This document shows, in pieces, positions 26,001 to 36,298 of a stretch of 38,564 nucleotides of DNA (within the stretch, counting starts at the first letter, position 1; each line of letters opens with the position of its first letter). A program made the translations under genes and the position numbers. The stretch comes from a virus (lineage: Duplodnaviria > Caudoviricetes), in the IMG/VR virus record IMGVR_UViG_3300044847_000031, positions 1 to 38,564 of that record. One strand, given 5' to 3'. A model generated the notes under the pieces. That model saw nothing but the letters and a program-made list of their open reading frames with translations, was not told the origin of the DNA and ran no database searches.

Positions 26001-27257
26001 TTACGGCTCCTGGAGATCTCCCATGCGCAGGTTGCAGTTGCGCCGGGTGGCTCCGAGGTTGAAGTAGCCGCCGACCAGGACCTCGTAGACGTCCTTGCCG
26101 GCGATGCGGAGGGTTCCGCTGTTCTCGTGATCGAGGATCCCCAACGCCTGCACCTCATAGCGCTTGATGGATGCACGGTTCAGCGCGATGAGCTGCTGTG
26201 GCGGGCAGTCCTTGTCCGACCGCCAGTCGATGGACTTGTCGCCCCCGGCGTATTGCAGGACCCGGAATCCGCCCTTGAACACCTGAGGCTCGTAACGCGC
26301 GTCGAACCACAGGAGGTTCACGTAGGCCCGGCGCTGCCCCTTGCCCGAGATGATGTAGTCGAGCTCCATCCCGCTCTCGACCTCGGTGGTGTCGAAACCC
26401 GACTGAATCAGGTCGAGCGACAACGGCCGCAGCACGCCGGCGTTGAACAGCCGGTTGCCTCTCCAGATGGGGATGGTCGTCCCGCTGATGTTCTGGAAAA
26501 CGGCGTTGCTGTCGGTCGTGTCGTCGATGATGAACCGGAGCCCGGCCATCTCGGAGCCTTCGTCGGTCGCCGCCGCCCCGAGACGAACATCCTCGAGGAA
26601 CACCCGGTCGGTGGCGACGATGGTTCCAGACAAGTCCGACCCGCTGTAGATGATCGTGCGGGTCGTCTTGTTGATGACGGTGATCGACCTGCCCTCGGCC
26701 TCCGTTCCGGTCGTGCCGTTCCGCTTGGTGGCGAGGGTCGCGTCGAAGATGTCGATCCTCATGCCCTTCCGGAACCAGTTCATGTTGACTTCGGCTCCGA
26801 AAGTGATGCTGTTCGCGGCGTCGGACGCCACGTCGCCCAACTCGCCGTGCGAATCGTTGTAGCACTGACGATTCAGTAGCGCGAGCATGGAATTGGTCTT
26901 TTCGTTGACCTCCAGGTCCATCCCTTTGATGAACGCCAGCGCCTTCGTCCTCGACTGCGCGATCGCCGGTCCGGAAATCTGGATCGTCGCGTAGTGATAC
27001 TTCGGCTGGATCGTCGCCTGAAGGGGTGACTCGGGGGTTGCCACGGGGAGGGTTTGGCCGTCCTTTCGGGATCCGACCGCGCCCCATCCCGCTTCGTCCA
27101 GGACGGGGAAGGTCCAGTATTTCCCCGCCGCCATCTCATCGGTCGATTTCTGAAACTCCGTGTAGAGAACCCGGGCCTTGTTCGCCTGAGCCTCCACCCG
27201 GTGCCCGTAGACCTCCTTGAAGACCTGGAGGATCTGCGCGGCTGTTGCGACTGCCAT
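26001..27257 (-). CDS. Major capsid protein (HK97 fold)
   Basis: 418 aa, AGGAGGT SD, follows the scaffold; C-terminal YFNLGATRRNCNLRMGDL pattern. Confidence 0.8.
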   Translation of the reverse strand: MAVATAAQILQVFKEVYGHRVEAQANKARVLYTEFQKSTDEMAAGKYWTFPVLDEAGWGAVGSRKDGQTLPVATPESPLQATIQPKYHYATIQISGPAIAQSRTKALAFIKGMDLEVNEKTNSMLALLNRQCYNDSHGELGDVASDAANSITFGAEVNMNWFRKGMRIDIFDATLATKRNGTTGTEAEGRSITVINKTTRTIIYSGSDLSGTIVATDRVFLEDVRLGAAATDEGSEMAGLRFIIDDTTDSNAVFQNISGTTIPIWRGNRLFNAGVLRPLSLDLIQSGFDTTEVESGMELDYIISGKGQRRAYVNLLWFDARYEPQVFKGGFRVLQYAGGDKSIDWRSDKDCPPQQLIALNRASIKRYEVQALGILDHENSGTLRIAGKDVYEVLVGGYFNLGATRRNCNLRMGDLQEP

Positions 27258-27283
27258 CGGAATGACCTCCTATCGATCCAGCC

Positions 27284-28309
27284 TTACGAGCTCAAGCCAA
27301 GTTGCCGGAGCCTCTCGGTCATCTCGGGGACGGCACTCCCGTCGTCGAGCGTCGCGGCTGGTCTGGATTCGCCTTTCAGTGGCACCGCGCTTCCCCCCTT
27401 GCCGGCGGCCGGGGGCGCGGGCAGTTTCGTCAGGCCTTTGATGCCGTCCTGACGTATCTTCTCTGCGCGCTGCTCGAGTCCCTTGTGGGAGTGTTCGAAA
27501 ATGCGCTCGACGCTGGCTCGAAGTTCGTCCGGGTCCTCGATGTTGGGATCCTTGGCCACGATGTGATCATGGAGAAGTTCCCGCACGAGGGGATCCGTGA
27601 CGTTGTGCTTCTTGCACAGGTCGGAGAAGGTGGATTCGAAGTTGTCCAGGGCGGAGTCAACCAGCGCTGCCTCCTGGACGGCCAATTCGCGTTCTTGGGC
27701 CTCGCGCCTCATGGCCGTGATTTCGGCCTGGTGCCGGGCCCGCTCCAAGCGGAAGGCCTTCGCTACCGCTTCCGGAACCTCCGGGTCGTTGAGCAGGGCT
27801 TCGACGGGGTCATCCTCGCCGGCACGGCGCGCGTCCGGGGATAGCCGTTTCGCTTCCTGCTCAATGATCTGGCGATGGCGATCCAGGAGAGCCCGCTCCT
27901 CGGCCAGCCGCTCGCGCTCGCGGGCGAGATCCTGGGTCTTCCGCGTGTAGTCGTTCTGACGCATCCCATTCCGGATAGACGCATCGACCTCTTCCTCGGT
28001 GTATTCGACCCCTCGAATCGTGTAGACCTTCTGAGTCTCCCCCTCTGGCGGCTTCTCGTCACCCACTTTCGCGGCCTCGGGCAATTTGCCCTCAGGAGGC
28101 TTTTCCTCGACGATAGGCTTCTGCTCGGGCGGGCTCTGCTCCGGGGGGGGGTTCTGCTCCGTCCCTGCCGGCGGAGCCTGGACCTCATCCCCGAACTGAA
28201 TGCCGGAATTGGCCAACGCCTTGTCGACCTCGTCGCTGCCTGGGGCCTCCCAGGGCTTCAGCGCTGCTTCGCCTTCGCCTGCGACACTCTCGGGAAAGAA
28301 TTTCCTCAT
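27284..28309 (-). CDS. Capsid scaffolding protein
   Basis: Acidic Pro/Glu-rich N-terminus, GMRQNDYTRKTQDLA motif, coiled coil; upstream of the capsid gene. Start 28309 or 28342. Confidence 0.75.
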   Translation of the reverse strand: MRKFFPESVAGEGEAALKPWEAPGSDEVDKALANSGIQFGDEVQAPPAGTEQNPPPEQSPPEQKPIVEEKPPEGKLPEAAKVGDEKPPEGETQKVYTIRGVEYTEEEVDASIRNGMRQNDYTRKTQDLARERERLAEERALLDRHRQIIEQEAKRLSPDARRAGEDDPVEALLNDPEVPEAVAKAFRLERARHQAEITAMRREAQERELAVQEAALVDSALDNFESTFSDLCKKHNVTDPLVRELLHDHIVAKDPNIEDPDELRASVERIFEHSHKGLEQRAEKIRQDGIKGLTKLPAPPAAGKGGSAVPLKGESRPAATLDDGSAVPEMTERLRQLGLSS

Positions 28310-28360
28310 GGTCCGTCTCCCGCCCTTGTTCGTCCCGGCCATCCGGGAACGAGTGGGCTT

Positions 28361-28558
28361 TCAGTGGCCGCGCTTGCGGCGCTTGCGGTGCTCGATCGCG
28401 TCCGACAACTTGCTCTTGCGCTTCGGCAGGGACGACACCCCGTGCTGTCCCCGGATGAATTCGCAGGCCTGCGCTTGGCTCATCCCCGTCATCTTCGTTG
28501 CCTTGCCAGCGCACCGTGCGCCCATCAGCCCGAATTCTGCCTGACTCTCGGCAGGCAT
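28361..28558 (-). CDS. Small basic protein
   Basis: MPAESQAEFGLMGARCAG...SLPKRKSKLSDAIEHRKRR; coupled to the upstream gene. Confidence 0.55.
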   Translation of the reverse strand: MPAESQAEFGLMGARCAGKATKMTGMSQAQACEFIRGQHGVSSLPKRKSKLSDAIEHRKRRKRGH

Positions 28559-28782
28559 CAGCGATACACCCCGCCGCGAGTCATGTGGGACCCTGGCGTC
28601 GCCACCCGTCGAAGCCGCGGGTTGGCCGCCACGGCCGCCGGGCCCGCCTTCTGCCGCCCTGCTCCGAGCACGGCGCCTGGATTACGGATGCCTGGTTGTC
28701 TGGCGATGCGCGCACTCGCGCCGGCGAACCCGGGGTGCGCCTCCCTGCTCCTGCGGTAACTCATGGCCTGACTGAGTCGCAT
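28558..28782 (-). CDS. Small basic protein
   Basis: HPGFAGASARIARQPGIRNPGAVLGAGRQKA; coupled to both neighbours. Confidence 0.55.
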   Translation of the reverse strand: MRLSQAMSYRRSREAHPGFAGASARIARQPGIRNPGAVLGAGRQKAGPAAVAANPRLRRVATPGSHMTRGGVYR

Positions 28783-29072
28783 CAGTATTTCTCCCCCTCC
28801 GCCTTCTCCTCGGCGGCTGTGCCGGTTCCCTTCCCGTGCAAGGTCGCGGCTTTTCGGATCTCCAGCGAGTAGGACGCCGGATCCTCGTTATGCTGGTCCA
28901 TGCCGATGACCTTGGCGGTGATCTCGATGCGGCAAGTGTCCCCGACCTCCTTGCCCCTCAGCGGCGGAAACTGTTCGGTGGTCAGGTGGAGCGTCGGGTA
29001 GGTCTTCTTGTCCTTCGCCACCATGACGGGCATGGACTCCTTGTAGCTTCGGCCCAGGTCGTGCAGTTTCAT
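28782..29072 (-). CDS. Putative capsid staple/cement-like protein
   Basis: ATG 29072 overlaps the portal stop; YPTLHL...VGDTCRIEITAKV...SLEI small beta fold. Confidence 0.5.
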   Translation of the reverse strand: MKLHDLGRSYKESMPVMVAKDKKTYPTLHLTTEQFPPLRGKEVGDTCRIEITAKVIGMDQHNEDPASYSLEIRKAATLHGKGTGTAAEEKAEGEKY

Positions 29073-31222
29073 GCGACGGCCTCCTGCTCTGGCGGCACGG
29101 CCCTTCCGGCCGGCGCGGTGAATGAAGATGGCGGTCCTCCGGGTCCTGCCGCAGAACCCCCTACGACTGGCGTAGGAGCTGCTGTCTCCTGCTGTAGGCG
29201 CGCGAGTTTGCTGATGCCGTCCTGCGTCTGCGAGATGTGCAGCTCGAAGAGGATCCTCACTTCCTGCGGAAGATCCGGGTAGCCCGGCCGCAGCGTCACC
29301 CGCCGATGGATCGGCATGTGGATGGTCGGGTTCTCCAGAGGTCGCGGCGTAACCGGAATGCCCTTGGCCATCTGCTGATTTTCCCACTCGGCCAGGATGA
29401 CATCGGCGGACTCGTTGTCCTTGAACTCGCCCGCGCTGAAGACGTCGCGCACCACGCGCCGATTCTCGGGAAGGGAAATGTCGATCATCCCGGCACCCAA
29501 CATCGCCTGGATTCCCTGTTTCTTGGTGGCCTGAGTCCAGAGCACGGTCGAGGAACTCTCCATCTCGATTTGCGGATCGCTCGGCGCGTCGAGGTTGGTG
29601 AATTCGCGCACGTCGCCGATACCATCCTCGTCACGGATGAAGAACTGCTTGCCCTTCGCCCAAGCTCCGCTGAGACCGACCATGAAGAGTCGCGTCTCCT
29701 CCATGCACTTGATCTCGCGGCGCATTTCCTTGATGGGCGGCTCGAACCGACCGGAGGCTCGCTCCGACAGCAGGTCCAACGACACGCCAGCAGTCACCCC
29801 GGTCGGGTTCTCTCCCCGGAGGACATCGTTGAACCCTGAGATCCGGTCCATGTGCTGCACCGTGACCTCGAACTCCTTCCAGAAATCCGGCGTCATGGGG
29901 ACGCCCTGCTGACGCTCGGGTTTCGCCCCTCTGAGCTTCGGCCCTGGCTTCCACTTGAACACGGCTCCCGGCTTTGAAGAGCCCTCGTCGTCGAATTTGC
30001 AGCCGTCCGGGACGAGCCACTGAGCATTCCCCATCGTTTTCCGGTTGAGGGACGCTTGCGTGAACATACCGTTCATCCGGCGCTGTGGCGCGATGAGGTT
30101 CCGCACCAAACCGAACCGCCAGAGGCACCCGGGCGCGAGACTCCATCCATACCAGTGAATGTTCCTGAAGGCCTTTCCGTCGCCGTTCACAAAGGGATAT
30201 CTGCCGTAGTGCAGCGTCTTCCCGCCGGCGCGCACGAGGAGCTCGCCCTCGGGGTAATTGCGCGATGGCAGCCGCCAGAATGTTTTTCGGATCGCGCTGT
30301 TCTCGAGGCGCGTATCGGCCACGGCGGAGGTGAGGGCGTAATTCTGGCCGGACTGCGAGAACCGCGTCACCAGATCCATGAGCTTGTGTTGATACTGGTA
30401 GGAGGCCCACAGCTCCTTGTCCGCCGCGACCCCCTTGACTGCATCGGTGCCGAACTCATCCGCAAGGACATCCAAGTCAACCGCCTCGTGGTGCATCCAG
30501 TAACGCATGTCCCATGGACTCTTGGCGTATGGATCCGGGACGATTGTCATGGGATTCACGGGTTCGGTCGAGACCTCGGTCAGCGGGACGGTCTTCTCGA
30601 TCGCTCCGCTCGGGTCGTCCATCATGCGCGGCTCACCCGTCAACTCGTTCATCATCGGAACCCCCGTGTCGGGGTCGATGACCGGGATGCGCCTGGGAAT
30701 CTGGAAAAGCGGCTTGTTGACCGCGTCGAGATTCGTCAGGTAGATCCCGTTCCCGGTGAACACGCACCATGAGTTCCCGATGCGGAGCTTTTGCTCCATC
30801 AGATCGTCATCCCACAACTGCTTCCGGATATGCTCCGCCGTCTTGGCCTTCTGATAGTCGACCGACGACACGCCCTCGGGGATGACGTGCCCGACGACGT
30901 TAGACTTGTTGAGGTAGGAGACCGCACGCTCGGCGTAGTCGATGATGAGATTCGAGATCTCGCGGGGGACGTGGCTGCGCTCCGGGCGGGCGATGAAACG
31001 CGACAGGCGCGCGTTGTAGTCGGCGTAGTGCTCGCCCAGCACGAACATGATTTCCTGATACCACTGGACAAATACCGGGATGAGCGTGCCCTGCGCGTTC
31101 TGGTAGAGCTTCTCGACGAACTCCCGGCACTTCTTCTCCTCGGGCGAGATCTCGTCATCGTTCAGCCCGAGAGCCGCGCCAGCGCGCCGCATCAAGTCCA
31201 TTCCTTGCTCGAGAACGGTCAT
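29069..31222 (-). CDS. Portal protein (podovirus-type)
   Basis: 717 aa between terminase and scaffold; GLVRNLIAPQRRMN and DRISGFNDVLRGENPTGVTAGVSL patterns. Confidence 0.85.
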   Translation of the reverse strand: MTVLEQGMDLMRRAGAALGLNDDEISPEEKKCREFVEKLYQNAQGTLIPVFVQWYQEIMFVLGEHYADYNARLSRFIARPERSHVPREISNLIIDYAERAVSYLNKSNVVGHVIPEGVSSVDYQKAKTAEHIRKQLWDDDLMEQKLRIGNSWCVFTGNGIYLTNLDAVNKPLFQIPRRIPVIDPDTGVPMMNELTGEPRMMDDPSGAIEKTVPLTEVSTEPVNPMTIVPDPYAKSPWDMRYWMHHEAVDLDVLADEFGTDAVKGVAADKELWASYQYQHKLMDLVTRFSQSGQNYALTSAVADTRLENSAIRKTFWRLPSRNYPEGELLVRAGGKTLHYGRYPFVNGDGKAFRNIHWYGWSLAPGCLWRFGLVRNLIAPQRRMNGMFTQASLNRKTMGNAQWLVPDGCKFDDEGSSKPGAVFKWKPGPKLRGAKPERQQGVPMTPDFWKEFEVTVQHMDRISGFNDVLRGENPTGVTAGVSLDLLSERASGRFEPPIKEMRREIKCMEETRLFMVGLSGAWAKGKQFFIRDEDGIGDVREFTNLDAPSDPQIEMESSSTVLWTQATKKQGIQAMLGAGMIDISLPENRRVVRDVFSAGEFKDNESADVILAEWENQQMAKGIPVTPRPLENPTIHMPIHRRVTLRPGYPDLPQEVRILFELHISQTQDGISKLARLQQETAAPTPVVGGSAAGPGGPPSSFTAPAGRAVPPEQEAVA

Positions 31223-31280
31223 TGCCTTCCTTCAGCCCGGAGAGTCCCGCTGGCCGGCGGGTCAGCCCGGAGGGGTTACG

Positions 31281-31559
31281 CTACGTCGGAAAGTCCGGGC
31301 GGACCTCGCCGCCCTTGTGTCTGATGTCCAACTCACGCTGCGCGAGTTCGGTCTCTTGCCAATCAGCAGCGTTCTGCTCTGACTGCTGCCGCTCGTCAGC
31401 TTCCGGCTCTGTCTGCACGACGCTCCGATATTCGGATGCCTCGACCACCTGCGGCAGCGTGCCGGTCAACGCAGTGTAGCGGTCGGTCAGTTCGGTGACC
31501 ATCTTCCACAGCCTGGCAATCTCGGCGTCCTTAGCGGAACAGGCCTTGCAGTCAAACAT
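31281..31559 (-). CDS. Hypothetical protein (CxxC plus coiled coil)
   Basis: MFDCKACSAKDAEIARLW..., upstream of the portal. Confidence 0.55.
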   Translation of the reverse strand: MFDCKACSAKDAEIARLWKMVTELTDRYTALTGTLPQVVEASEYRSVVQTEPEADERQQSEQNAADWQETELAQRELDIRHKGGEVRPDFPT

Positions 31560-31851
31560 CGGTCGCCCCTGTCATTCCTTTGGGAATCCATCGACTGCCG
31601 ACGAGATCCTTTCGGTTGGCAATGAGGAGGTCGATCACATTCTGCACGCCAGCACCAGGACGTTCCGTGTGGGCTTCCTCCAGGAATTGAAGCAGACGAG
31701 CAACATCTACGGCCTCATAAATGTGATGTCCAGGATCGTGCCGATAGGGCTTACCAGCTTCAAAGGCTGTGCGATAGTCCGAGTCGCTCCTCGGCTTTCT
31801 GAAGCTCCCTATCTTTCGGTGGACCAGGATCGTCTGGCTCCCACAGAACAC
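31552..31851 (-). CDS. Hypothetical protein
   Basis: Fills the gap in the operon; start uncertain and overlaps the upstream gene. Confidence 0.35.
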   Translation of the reverse strand: MFCGSQTILVHRKIGSFRKPRSDSDYRTAFEAGKPYRHDPGHHIYEAVDVARLLQFLEEAHTERPGAGVQNVIDLLIANRKDLVGSRWIPKGMTGATDV

Positions 31852-31972
31852 ACGCGCCCTTGCAGGCGGGGCAGTCCCGCTCCGGCAACTGCTCGGTCTT
31901 CCGCATATCGTAGTATGGCGGCGGTAGAGAACCGCATCCCTTGCAAACCGGGCAAACGTGTGCTTGGCTCAA
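31760..31972 (-). CDS. DnaJ-type zinc-finger small protein
   Basis: CPVCKGCG and CPACKGAC motifs. Confidence 0.55.
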   Translation of the reverse strand: MSQAHVCPVCKGCGSLPPPYYDMRKTEQLPERDCPACKGACVLWEPDDPGPPKDRELQKAEERLGLSHSL

Positions 31973-32319
31973 TGGATCACCCTCGCCCCTTCCGCCGCCT
32001 CGGTTCCCGGCACGCGCCCCTCGTGCACGTCCACCGCGCGTTCGGTCAGCTTCAGGATCCGCATCTTTGCCGCGCGGATCGCGCGCATCGCGTCGGGCCC
32101 ACGACCCCCGACCTTGCGCTTCAGCAGGTTGAAGCCTTTCAGCTCCAACTTATTCATCGTGAACTTCTGCCGGGGGACGCGATTCCCAGGGAACACGGCG
32201 ATGAAGGTGAAGGGGTCGTCGGTGGCCTCGACGTCGGTGCAGCGGTCCGGCGGGAAAACGATTGGCTCGCGACCAGGATTTTTCCCGCGCTTGTCGATGA
32301 CCTTGATGGACTCAGACAT
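31969..32319 (-). CDS. Hypothetical protein
   Basis: 116 aa, overlaps the terL stop. Confidence 0.55.
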   Translation of the reverse strand: MSESIKVIDKRGKNPGREPIVFPPDRCTDVEATDDPFTFIAVFPGNRVPRQKFTMNKLELKGFNLLKRKVGGRGPDAMRAIRAAKMRILKLTERAVDVHEGRVPGTEAAEGARVIH

Positions 32320-33772
32320 AATCGTCCTTCGGGTGCTGATACCCCGCCCTCAGCCGCGCAACCGCCTTGTTGATGTGCTCACGCTGGAAACGCTTCTTCT
32401 GCTCCGCGTGAGTGTAGAGCCGTATCGTCTTCGGCTTCAGCTCCAACGCGCCCTCTGGCCGCGCCATGACCATGTAGCGCAGCATGTCGGGGCCGTGGTT
32501 GTCGACGTCGGCTTCCTGCTCCGGGGCGTTGCGATCCTCGAGCGAGCGCAGCCGGCGCCAGTGCAGCCCAGTCAGCTCGCGCCAGATGTTCGGGCAGCGA
32601 CCGCGGAAGAACACCAGCGACCGCGTCTTGAGCCGTTGCTTGATGACGTCGCGCCCCGCTTTCACGTCATTCTCGCCGTGCGTCCACTCCTCGAGACCCG
32701 CCTCGGCGTACTGGTCGGCGACGGAGTAGAACTTCCCGGCGGTTTGCATGGTCTTCGAGAAGATCGACGGGTCCGCGACCCAGGTGACCTCTCGCGCCTT
32801 CGCCATCGACGGGAGGCGCTGCTTGATCTTCTCCGCGTGGTAGGAAATCAGCTTCCCCGCCTCGTAGTGCTCGTCGTATACGAAGATTCGACCGTCCGGG
32901 TCGATGGCAGCGAAACCCACGCAGGTCGGATTACGCAGGCCGTGGTCGAGCGAGATCACCCGTGGCCAGAAGGCTGGAATCGCGAAAGGTTCGCAGGTGT
33001 GAAGGCTCTCGCTCAACTCCGGGTAGACCTGGCCCTCGAAGACCTCATGGGAACCGTGGACGTAGCGAGCAACCCATTCCGCCCCATTGTCCCGCTCGAG
33101 GCGCTCGTAGTAGCCCGGAGGCAGATTGGCGGAATTCTCGAAGGGCCGCGGAGTGAACATCCAGGCTTCCGGAAGACGGTCGGGACTGTCTGGGTGATGG
33201 TACTTCCACGGCCAGGAATGTCCCCCTGGGTTACCTCCCATCATGCCGTAGGGATTCTTGACTTGGGGAACATCTCGCCCGAGACGGGCATTGAGCATCC
33301 TCCAGACGAGCTCGGGCACTGACGGCGATAGGTCGTCCCCGTTCACCTCGTCGATTGCATACCAGCCCAATCCCATCGAGGAGTAAGTTCCAGGCTCGTC
33401 AAAGTGAGCCGTCCACATGGTGGAAGGCCTGTCTGGATCCACCGACCGCAAGACCCAGCCATCCCCTCCGGGCAACTCACGCTCGACCAACTCCGGGGGC
33501 ATGACGCGCTCGAGAGTTCGCTGAGTTGTCCGGCTGAAGTCCCGGTAGGTGTAACGCCCGATGACGCCCTGATTGCCCGGAACGAGCACCGACAGGCCGA
33601 TGGCGCATCGACACAGGATCTCGCTCTTGCCGGATCCCATCGGACCGATATAGGCCTTGTTGCGGTAGGTTGAAGAAGCGAATGCGGCTTGGGTGGGAAG
33701 AAGCGTCACGTCCGAGTTCAGACGCAACACAGCGGAACGGTTAAGGCTTGAGACCGAGACCGGCGCCAGCAT
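32312..33772 (-). CDS. terL: Terminase large subunit
   Basis: Walker A GPMGSGKS, Walker B WYAIDE, GGNPGG coupling motif, nuclease ISLDHG and DNHGPDMLRY. The true start is near 33772 or 33730 rather than 34027. Confidence 0.9.
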   Translation of the reverse strand: MLAPVSVSSLNRSAVLRLNSDVTLLPTQAAFASSTYRNKAYIGPMGSGKSEILCRCAIGLSVLVPGNQGVIGRYTYRDFSRTTQRTLERVMPPELVERELPGGDGWVLRSVDPDRPSTMWTAHFDEPGTYSSMGLGWYAIDEVNGDDLSPSVPELVWRMLNARLGRDVPQVKNPYGMMGGNPGGHSWPWKYHHPDSPDRLPEAWMFTPRPFENSANLPPGYYERLERDNGAEWVARYVHGSHEVFEGQVYPELSESLHTCEPFAIPAFWPRVISLDHGLRNPTCVGFAAIDPDGRIFVYDEHYEAGKLISYHAEKIKQRLPSMAKAREVTWVADPSIFSKTMQTAGKFYSVADQYAEAGLEEWTHGENDVKAGRDVIKQRLKTRSLVFFRGRCPNIWRELTGLHWRRLRSLEDRNAPEQEADVDNHGPDMLRYMVMARPEGALELKPKTIRLYTHAEQKKRFQREHINKAVARLRAGYQHPKDDYV

Positions 33773-34067
33773 CGAGAATGACCCGCACAGGAGAGTCAGG
33801 CACACCAGCGAGAGGCTGAGGAACTTTCCCCCACTTGCGGTCAGCGAGATAGCGTGCCGTAGCGCCGTCAGGAGGGTCCTGAATCGTGACAACAGCACCA
33901 CGGCCGTTGAGGACCTCGCGCTTGGTGCCCTTGGCGATGGTGAGGAGAAGGTCGAGCAGTTCGGCGTCTCCGAGTTTCTGCTCGAGAAGTCGGCGGAAAT
34001 GGATCGTGCGCTTGTTTTTGCTACCACGCTTCCTTCCGCGTCCGGCTGCGGGGGGGCGTCTGTTCAC
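33741..34067 (-). CDS. terS: Terminase small subunit (putative)
   Basis: GRKRGSKNKRT N-terminus, YLADRKWGKVPQ motif, directly upstream of terL. Confidence 0.65.
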   Translation of the reverse strand: MNRRPPAAGRGRKRGSKNKRTIHFRRLLEQKLGDAELLDLLLTIAKGTKREVLNGRGAVVTIQDPPDGATARYLADRKWGKVPQPLAGVPDSPVRVILDAGAGLGLKP

Positions 34068-34090
34068 TAAATCAAAACCTCACTTCGTTG

Positions 34091-34119
34091 AGATTGGCAC
34101 GATTACTTCCCGGTGTCAA
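34091..34119 (-). promoter_or_regulatory. Putative late promoter upstream of terS
   Basis: TTGACA (34119-34114), 17 nt, CAATCT (34096-34091) with an extended -10 TG. Confidence 0.55.
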
Positions 34120-34172
34120 GAGGCATGATCCTCGTAGCAGAGTTCTCCCGCTCTTCTCTTCCCACCATACCC

Positions 34173-34664
34173 CTACCCCTTTCCCCCCTTCTCTTCTCTC
34201 CCAGTTCCCTGAATTTCTCCCAGGGCGGTGACCGTGAGTTCGACCCTAGCGGGAGTGCCGTAACGCTTCCCGACGTTGCCCTCGACGACCTGCGAGTCGT
34301 CACGCCACACCAGCCCGGTGAGGGCGTCCTCGACGCTGCGGAGGAGTTTCCCTCGGTCGGGGCGAGTGGTCGGGTAGGCGGGCGCCGAAGCCCTGACGAA
34401 ACCCTGGGAGTTGTGATGACTCCTGGGTCTGGCCCGGAAGAACAGGGCATCGAGAGCGACTGGTCCATCGAGAATCGGCCCCTGCATCGCGACGCCGACG
34501 GCTTGGGTTACGGTGCGTTTCCACTCGTCCGCTTTCGGGTTCGCGTCCACGACGATGTTCTTTCCGGTAGGAACCCAGGCACCATTTTCCTTCCGGCGGA
34601 CCGCGAAACTCCGCTTGCTGCCGGCAGGCTGTGCTTCGCCGTAGACGACGAATTTGAGGATCAC
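34173..34664 (-). CDS. rusA: RusA-family Holliday junction resolvase
   Basis: VYGEAQPAGSKR and PDRGKLLRSVEDALTGLVWRDDSQVV signature. Confidence 0.85.
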   Translation of the reverse strand: MILKFVVYGEAQPAGSKRSFAVRRKENGAWVPTGKNIVVDANPKADEWKRTVTQAVGVAMQGPILDGPVALDALFFRARPRSHHNSQGFVRASAPAYPTTRPDRGKLLRSVEDALTGLVWRDDSQVVEGNVGKRYGTPARVELTVTALGEIQGTGREEKGGKG

Positions 34665-35136
34665 TCTCCCTCTCCGGGTTCCCGCATCTGGCCCTGGAAG
34701 GCGCGAATCTGTGCGACTACTAGTTCGCGCCGGCGGATCTTTTCACGGAACGCCTTGGAAAACTCTCTCCAGCCTTCCTCCGAGTCCTTTCGCTTGCCCT
34801 TCTCGCCCTTCGGGGCCACGACATCAAGCCACATCGCGGCTTCCCACTTGAGGCCACGATGGCATCTCTGGCAACCGAGAACTCGCTCGACTTCTCGGCG
34901 ATAGAGTCTCGCCCATTCCTGCACGATGACAAATCCCTTGTCCAGGCATTCCGGACAGTCATAGCGGGCCTCAGGATCCTGGCCCTTGAACTCCGGAACC
35001 ATCTCGGCCGTGGCTTTGGAGAAGCGTGTCACGGATGGACGGAACTCCTCGGGCGTGCGATCAAGCAGCTCAGCCATGTGCTCAACCGCTTCCTTGCCGA
35101 ACTTGGAGAACTCAGCGGCGATTTCCGCAACTGACT

Positions 35137-35140
<4 letters not shown>
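34661..35140 (-). CDS. Replication-associated zinc-ribbon protein (helicase-loader-like position)
   Basis: YDCPECLDKGFV...GCQRC; immediately downstream of the initiator. Confidence 0.5.
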
Positions 35141-35994
<854 letters not shown>

Positions 35995-36106
35995 CGTGCC
36001 TCCCGTCAGCGAGGAGGTAAAACCCGGGGCCTCCCTGGGCTGACCCGCCGCGAAGCGGCCAGATCGGCCCCGACTCGAGGCAATCGCCCAGAGCAATCGC
36101 ATTCTT

Positions 36107-36298
36107 TCACTGCCGCGGTGCTGGCGTCAAGGCTTTCTTGATCCTTTTCCACCACGTCTCGGGCTCTACCCATCTCGTCACGCCTTCCAGGCCTCTCTCC
36201 ACCACTTTGTCCGCGTTGACGTGACGGAGGCAACCCCTGGCTACAATTGCGATCGACGGACGACGCGCAGGAAAGTAAAGAACCGGATGCGACTTCAC
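36107..36298 (-). CDS. Hypothetical protein
   Basis: GTG 36298 overlaps the HNH stop. Confidence 0.4.
   Translation of the reverse strand: MKSHPVLYFPARRPSIAIVARGCLRHVNADKVVERGLEGVTRWVEPETWWKRIKKALTPAPRQ

Noticed and set aside
33773-34027. N-terminal extension of terL in the ORF track
   Set aside because: Overlaps the terS gene in another frame and reads as Ser-rich non-protein-like sequence.
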